This document shows, piece by piece, positions 59,401 to 64,000 of a DNA stretch of 64,000 bases. A program made the position numbers and the translations under genes. Position 1 is the first letter of the stretch. Each line of letters opens with the position of its first letter. The stretch lies in the IMG/VR virus record IMGVR_UViG_3300042934_000869, one strand, 5' to 3'. The notes beneath the pieces are model-generated. The model worked only from the letters and a program-made list of their open reading frames with translations. It was not told the DNA's origin and did no database searches. This stretch comes from an uncultured virus (IMG/VR IMGVR_UViG_3300042934_000869). Lineage: Duplodnaviria > Heunggongvirae > Uroviricota > Caudoviricetes.

Positions 59401-60170
59401 AAACCAAATCCAGTAGACTCTATATCGCAACCTATTAAAGTTTTTATACCATTCTTCTGATTCTCTATTATTTTTCTTATCATAGGAGTTACTGTATTAA
59501 CTTCAAATTCTACTATAGAGTGTATAGCTTTGTAATCTTTCTTACGAACTCCAGTATCTTTATCCCAGTACCATGATAAATCTATCATAGAATTTAATGC
59601 TTTAAAATCTACTTTATCAATTGAAACAACATCAGCATTATTTCTTACTTTTGCTTGGTCTATTGTTTCATAAGGTATTTTTTGTGGTATTTTTATTTTA
59701 AAATTTGATTGTAAGTTTACACTTATCTCTGGAGTACTAAATTCTAACTTAGAGTATAAACCTTCTTCTTGTCTAAAACTTACTGCTCTGCCACCGTATG
59801 AAGCTGTATAATCTCTTTCCGGTAGCGGATCAAATCTAGTCTCATTAACAAATATTGAATCTTTAGGGTACGAGAAGTCTCTAGCTTCAATGAATGCCTG
59901 CATTACTTTATCAAGTATAGGAGTTCTTCCGTAAGCTTTTATCTCTCCAGTTTTCTTAGACCTAGATATGCTTTCGGTCATATATTCAAGTCTAGATTTA
60001 CTTGTTAGCATCTTTAATGTCAAGCTATTTTCGTATCTAGCTTTTCCTAATTTTGCAAAATTCTCTGGATGTATTTCTGAGAATAAAAACCACCTTTGTG
60101 CACTTTTAGTATCGTCTAAAACTAGGAAGTATCTGAAATCTGAAATCTCTATATCAGAAATTAATCTCAT
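56463..60170 (-). CDS. polA: Family A DNA polymerase with 3'-5' exonuclease domain (likely the replicative enzyme)
   Basis: ExoI CDIESTG, ExoII GHNSSFD, ExoIII YGCAD; TRRLSS, motif A WDLAQVEDR, motif B RTMAKAFGFGIPYG, NYPIQSGTAD, motif C IHDELLF. Confidence 0.92.
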   Translation of the reverse strand: MRLISDIEISDFRYFLVLDDTKSAQRWFLFSEIHPENFAKLGKARYENSLTLKMLTSKSRLEYMTESISRSKKTGEIKAYGRTPILDKVMQAFIEARDFSYPKDSIFVNETRFDPLPERDYTASYGGRAVSFRQEEGLYSKLEFSTPEISVNLQSNFKIKIPQKIPYETIDQAKVRNNADVVSIDKVDFKALNSMIDLSWYWDKDTGVRKKDYKAIHSIVEFEVNTVTPMIRKIIENQKNGIKTLIGCDIESTGFGLLDLSATNPSKDFMTTIQLSWDDDMGRIMFFHMKYFKNVDLQYVLKRLYPLFKYGATSTEFELIYDEEGNEINEVVTVLKEWYELTGHNSSFDSRGTLSEGYQFFFDHDTLQMAFNINPTVIKGSKGLKHLVKRFLGVEMPELGELLGKGNEGKFHYLSDEEVARIYGCADVDQARQIFKFLRGLMSDKMFKSYSQLDPITWYLTAQSEYYGMTEDVDLIDVVYRRLKKDLKTIEETIYSYVGAVLSHRVTMMMNGKLDMDDDLDVSLEGHRYVFKLKGDELRHVMYKQLKYPVLVKTKKGDAAVNKEAIQKLLYKKNAKSSNILKEDIKSDNGEVLVKAELFNSYKYPLCYLLRVFADLTKEYDTYYKPMEEEDLEGRLFKRISTTNVETRRLSSAAQILKKSVKDAIIPYNEDYYLGDWDLAQVEDRWFTSEAGDMEGIKRSDNPESDVHTSNASLMFGILPHLISKLLRTMAKAFGFGIPYGLSDFKLTERLFTVYNEENALQTRILKAKFESAKAKTMKFLKSIRESALIPRDLPKNLRDFLGLKEDDVVSMVYNKNGFYRYFILNNVLGDRKREEAIGRQAGNYPIQSGTADLYRLLLKRFTATLEKYGIRDKIIFHMYIHDELLFSIHKSIDPRLIAKIVQESCVVRVKGHTKYYVGLNFGHSWGDCKKDINEIPALLLERMHKEFSTYELNSWTDNPKEIIMPMIEKYKRTRVLEVMDEIQPNFREGCLDIKNIAENFTNYMVRSYTYENSRAYEPRKIYSFEEKKDITDDTDNFLSCLCTLLIKEELENVSVLVDDKVYTAKEYSDMRIASTVVSEVEIDLEDMFDESDNLDEIELEETGDAELDYWSFDENESEMYEHVSNMYFDDTEDEDSKLFEVKPKEFKHITRLNKVTKVYLTKRSNSEKIKEFLKPYMMSGGDIFMIETPIGTTTLAGRYKADLDSLDNLLDELNSSKKGGNDIWQGSTKTERKM

Positions 60171-60919
60171 ATTATCATCCTCATTTCTAGAATTTTCTCC
60201 TTGTCTAGTTTTCCTAATGTGTTAACTTTAACTATGCAACTCTCTTGACCTGTTATATTGCATAATTCTAAGTCATCAAACTTTGGTCTTTCATTAGTAG
60301 TGAACACTATACTTGAGCGTCCTATACTTCTTAGAATTAATCCAGGATATTCTTTCTGTAGCTTGAAACCTAGGTATTTCATTATCTCAGAACTGGTGGT
60401 AAGTATACTAGAATAGATTTTCATTATAGCATTAGATGAACTATTACTACTTATCTGTTCCATTATAAACTTGTCTAGCTTTGGGTGTTTCCTTAGAAAA
60501 TCTGATATGTGTATATCAAAGTTGTCAGTGTCTAGAGATAATAGTGCCCTTGATTTCTTTTCATAATCTGATATCTTTCTTACGCTTTCAGTACTGCATC
60601 CGCAAATCATACTCATAACAAAATCTAAACATGTGGACATATCTATTACTACTGAATAGTTTCTGGATGATGTAGTAACTCCTAAACACTCCAGGATTGT
60701 ATGGGAATCGAAGCTATATCCAAGTACTGATTTATACTCTCTTATATTTGATTTTCTTAAGTATTCGAGTTTTCCAAAATCTAGACCAAAATCTTTGTGA
60801 TTTTCACACAGTATTTTATACATGTTTTGATCTATATTACATTGCTTGTTTCTCAGTGCTCCAAAGTTTAGAGAGACCTTATCCCTAACTTCTATGTCTT
60901 TAAATATAGCTATTTGCAT
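60167..60919 (-). CDS. Possible degenerate (inactive) PolA palm/fingers-like protein
   Basis: SVVIDMSTCLDFVM resembles motif A; FLRKHPKLDKFI resembles YFERYPGVK.Y; IYSSILTTSSEIMK resembles NAPIQGTAADIIK; LRSIGRSSIVF sits at the motif C position without HDE. Confidence 0.45.
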   Translation of the reverse strand: MQIAIFKDIEVRDKVSLNFGALRNKQCNIDQNMYKILCENHKDFGLDFGKLEYLRKSNIREYKSVLGYSFDSHTILECLGVTTSSRNYSVVIDMSTCLDFVMSMICGCSTESVRKISDYEKKSRALLSLDTDNFDIHISDFLRKHPKLDKFIMEQISSNSSSNAIMKIYSSILTTSSEIMKYLGFKLQKEYPGLILRSIGRSSIVFTTNERPKFDDLELCNITGQESCIVKVNTLGKLDKEKILEMRMII

Positions 60920-61205
60920 ATTTATCCACCTTTCTCCTAAACTCTGGTATCTTAGAACTTATTATTATTTTTTGATCTTCGACTTCCTGAAATATATCAT
61001 TCTTTATGTCATATATAATATTCTCTTTTAGAGACTTATAGTCTTCACTATAAATATCAGTAAGAGGTAAATTACCTCTTACTGATTTTATTATATCAAG
61101 GTTTCTTGTACCTCTAAATACTTTACAACTTTCATCACTATAGACTAACTCTACCCAGTAGATGTCATCATCTAAGCTTAACTCATTCATATACTCTACC
61201 TCCAA
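60900..61205 (-). CDS. Hypothetical protein (~95-101 aa)
   Basis: GGAGG RBS before MNEL; overlaps the next gene. Confidence 0.7.
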   Translation of the reverse strand: MEVEYMNELSLDDDIYWVELVYSDESCKVFRGTRNLDIIKSVRGNLPLTDIYSEDYKSLKENIIYDIKNDIFQEVEDQKIIISSKIPEFRRKVDKYANSYI

Positions 61206-61216
61206 ATACTATGATT

Positions 61217-63427
61217 CTAAAACTTTATATTATCCCCAAGTTCGGATACTATATTTCCATCATTGTCAACTAAATATCCGTATTCGTGGACATAAAAACT
61301 CTGTATTAAAACAGGTTTACCTCCGTAAAATAAATACCCATGTACTTCTTCACATTGAGATTTATAGTTTGTGAATGAACTATTACTGTTCCTTAATTCC
61401 TTTGAGTAGTAAACTACAGCGGAAGCATTTATAACTCTTGGGCTTAAATTACTACTTAGTTCAGTCTCTATTCCATTCTTACTAAAATCTTTTACAAGAC
61501 TATCTATTTTTTTATTAACAAAATCTATTCCTATTTTACATTCATCGTATACTAAAGAATAAAATTCTTTTAACTGTCTGTTCAGAGCAGCCTGATCATA
61601 TACTGCACTTCCTAGTCTGAACTCATCAGATACTTTATTAAAGAATTGCAAGTCTTGTATACTTGATAATTCTGTTGGAAGTTTGGTTATGGCTCTACTA
61701 GATGAATCTCCTCCTAAATTTTGTATTAACTCATACCTATCGTTTGCTCCTGTTTTAATTCTTAAATCGCATAGTGCCTTCAATATATTTAATCTCAATG
61801 ATGCAAATCTTATATAACTTGAGAACAACTGCTCATCAAATGAGTATAGTAGGAACTTCTCCCTATATTTCTCTGGAACTAGCTTTTCGCACATGCTCTT
61901 AAATTGCTCATTAATTTGTATCTGATTATCACATACTTCTGTACCAACACCTTCTCGGTCGCATACTTTTAAAATCATTTTAAAAGTAGAAAGTACTCTC
62001 TGGTGCTCTTCATACGCCCATAAAAAGAATTTGCTCATATCTACTGTACTAACTGTAGCTATGTTATTTAGTTGATTCTTAACTACTTGCGATATACTTA
62101 AGAAACTAAATTCAGGTTTTGATTTTATAGATTCATATATTTCATCATTACTATATAATTGTCTGCTATACTCTTGAGAAGCTCCCTTTATTAAGGCACT
62201 TGTTATATCATAGCATTCTAAACAATCATCTAGACTAATAAATCTATCTATATAAATGTTAGTTCTGAATATGTCTGTTGGTATATCGAATATGTTTATT
62301 TTTTTAGAATTACAATAAGATATTAAATTTCTTAAAGATACCAGACCGTCTAATAATACCATAAATTTGTTTCTGTTCTCTTTATCGTATATAGCTTTGT
62401 CTCCTTCTTTTAATGAAAATAGAGATCCTTTGTTTTTAGATGATCTACTGCCTCCATCTATTATCCATATTGTTTCATATATGTTTCTTATAAGTTCTGG
62501 TGTTAGTATAGAATCTATTTGTTTATATAGCTCTATGCTAATTTCGTTCCTTATTCGATACGTTCCAATTCTGTATTCTGTTTCATATAAAGATTCCGGT
62601 CTTGATACTTTTATTGGTATAAAGAACTCATTCTCATAAAGAAACCTTTCTGCTTGTTTAGTATGCGTGGTTGGATTAAATTTATTCTGAATCCTATCTT
62701 TTAGAGTGTCTAGCTTAGACGTAACTTTGTATATTTTATAATTAGATACTAAATCCATATACACTGTTCCATCTGTTCTACTGTTAGCACTAAATAGTAA
62801 TTTACTGGATTCATAAATCTGTTTAATATCCTTCTTAAAATCAAAAGTAGCTTGTGTCTCTATAACTGACATTTCGCTCATAATTTCAAGACCTATTTCT
62901 CCATCTCCACCCCTAGTCAAAAGACCTTTTTCATTTATTAATTTACCTAAGTCTTGTCTTCTAGACTGTATAAAAAATACGAAGGATTGCCTTATAAACC
63001 CAATTGGATTAAAAGAACTATTTAGGTCGTATTTACTTTTAGAGTATAAAGAGAATCTTTCACTAAATTCATTTATGACTTCGTTTATATCATATTTAGC
63101 ATTCTTTAAATTATACTCTTTCCTTATTATTGGATTATATACTTTCTCTTTTATATAGTTTAAACTTAAGTAGTCTTCAAATAATTTTTCAATTCCATAT
63201 TTAAGTATGTACTCTTTTACCTTATATAGGAATCTATTTATGTCATTTCTATATCCATGAGTAGTTAAGAACTTCTTTAACTGCTCGAACCCATCTTCAT
63301 CAGATTTGAATGTTTCTGTAATTAACCTATCAAAAATTTTACTACAGCGTTCTTCATCTAGTAAAATCTCTGAAGCCATCTTTAGTTCTTGAACTCTAAT
63401 TTCACCTCTAAGTTCTCTCAATAACAT
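61217..63427 (-). CDS. Hypothetical protein (736 aa) with a possible sigma70 region-2-like segment
   Basis: GIEKLFEDY..DINEVINEFSERFSLYSKSKYDLNSSFNPIGFIRQSFVFFIQSRRQ. The CDS is secure; the sigma similarity is tentative. Confidence 0.6.
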   Translation of the reverse strand: MLLRELRGEIRVQELKMASEILLDEERCSKIFDRLITETFKSDEDGFEQLKKFLTTHGYRNDINRFLYKVKEYILKYGIEKLFEDYLSLNYIKEKVYNPIIRKEYNLKNAKYDINEVINEFSERFSLYSKSKYDLNSSFNPIGFIRQSFVFFIQSRRQDLGKLINEKGLLTRGGDGEIGLEIMSEMSVIETQATFDFKKDIKQIYESSKLLFSANSRTDGTVYMDLVSNYKIYKVTSKLDTLKDRIQNKFNPTTHTKQAERFLYENEFFIPIKVSRPESLYETEYRIGTYRIRNEISIELYKQIDSILTPELIRNIYETIWIIDGGSRSSKNKGSLFSLKEGDKAIYDKENRNKFMVLLDGLVSLRNLISYCNSKKINIFDIPTDIFRTNIYIDRFISLDDCLECYDITSALIKGASQEYSRQLYSNDEIYESIKSKPEFSFLSISQVVKNQLNNIATVSTVDMSKFFLWAYEEHQRVLSTFKMILKVCDREGVGTEVCDNQIQINEQFKSMCEKLVPEKYREKFLLYSFDEQLFSSYIRFASLRLNILKALCDLRIKTGANDRYELIQNLGGDSSSRAITKLPTELSSIQDLQFFNKVSDEFRLGSAVYDQAALNRQLKEFYSLVYDECKIGIDFVNKKIDSLVKDFSKNGIETELSSNLSPRVINASAVVYYSKELRNSNSSFTNYKSQCEEVHGYLFYGGKPVLIQSFYVHEYGYLVDNDGNIVSELGDNIKF

Positions 63428-63432
63428 TTATA

Positions 63433-63951
63433 TCACCTCCCTATCAACATAGTAGTTACTAGGTTGATAACATAACAGTAAGTAACTATTAGTAGACCTT
63501 TTTGTACCACTGACCTTTGTGTTCTTAAAGGTCTAAAGCACATTGCTATAAAAGACATTATAGCTAATGCTATTAAGCGTAATATCCATATAATTAAATT
63601 CTGTATGAGTATTAACAGCTCTTCTAGTATTTTAGCTATAATTCCTTTTATAGAATAAAACTTTATATTTTTCTTATTATCTTTGCCATATTCCACATTC
63701 CAAAGACCAGCTTTATTACTTTTCTTTTTATTACAATCTGGACATATCGCAACACAATTAAACACTCGGTTTATACCAAACCATTTAGATACAGGGAATA
63801 TATGGTCTACTTCCATATTATGTACTGTTAGAGGTTTTATGCATTGGGAACAAAAATAGTATCTATTTAGAATACCTCTATTGTGTTTAAGATATTCTCC
63901 TCTGGCATCAAACTTTTCCCTTTTCATCCTTGAATAGGATTTGTAGCCCAA
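63433..63951 (-). CDS. HNH endonuclease with C-terminal transmembrane helices
   Basis: CSQC..EVDHIFP..NCVAICPDCNKKK followed by two hydrophobic segments. Confidence 0.85.
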   Translation of the reverse strand: MGYKSYSRMKREKFDARGEYLKHNRGILNRYYFCSQCIKPLTVHNMEVDHIFPVSKWFGINRVFNCVAICPDCNKKKSNKAGLWNVEYGKDNKKNIKFYSIKGIIAKILEELLILIQNLIIWILRLIALAIMSFIAMCFRPLRTQRSVVQKGLLIVTYCYVINLVTTMLIGR

Positions 63952-64000
63952 AGTTTATCACCCCTTCTCCCCCTGAAAGTAATAACAGTCAGTAGCCTAG

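Noticed and set aside
1222..62639. All plus-strand ORFs in the track (60-183 aa)
   Set aside because: They lie antisense to long minus-strand genes and have the Ser/Leu/Ile/Phe-rich composition expected of shadow frames; none shows a recognisable motif.
1..64000. Jumbo-phage virion module (capsid, terminase, portal, tail)
   Set aside because: No such motifs recognised. A phage identity cannot be excluded from this window, but it is not supported by it.
1..64000. CRISPR array, tRNA/rRNA genes, IS elements, introns or inteins
   Set aside because: Intergenic gaps are all under ~200 bp, with no repeat-spacer periodicity or cloverleaf. No transposase or intein motifs were seen in the polymerases or helicase.
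1..64000. Alternative genetic code (stop-codon reassignment)
   Set aside because: Code 11 gives near-complete coding density; TAA, TAG and TGA all end genes at sensible, coupled boundaries.

Overview
A very AT-rich, gene-dense window. Essentially every credible gene lies on the minus strand, with Firmicutes-type GGAGG ribosome-binding sites and frequent stop/start overlaps. I see no rRNA, tRNA, CRISPR array, transposase, core metabolic gene or recognisable virion gene. The content fits a giant extrachromosomal element (megaplasmid or jumbo-phage-like) of a low-GC Gram-positive host, carrying highly diverged copies of host machinery. Replication and repair: two family-A DNA polymerases plus a third degenerate PolA-like ORF, DnaX, delta-like and beta-clamp-like proteins, a DnaG-type primase core, DEDDh and 5'-3' exonucleases, RecJ, UvrD, SbcD with a split SbcC, and a LigA C-terminal fragment. 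Transcription: an RNA polymerase alpha-NTD homolog, a possible sigma-region-2 protein, and a recurring non-sigmaA promoter-like motif (CCC-N20-22-TATA) in seven intergenic gaps. Envelope, segregation and transfer: a ParM-like actin, a PilB/GspE ATPase with GspL/PilO-like neighbours, a large secreted SLH-like protein, and a type-VII-secretion-like module (two FtsK-domain proteins around two ~100-aa helical proteins). All family calls come from reading motifs by eye; no database searches were run.
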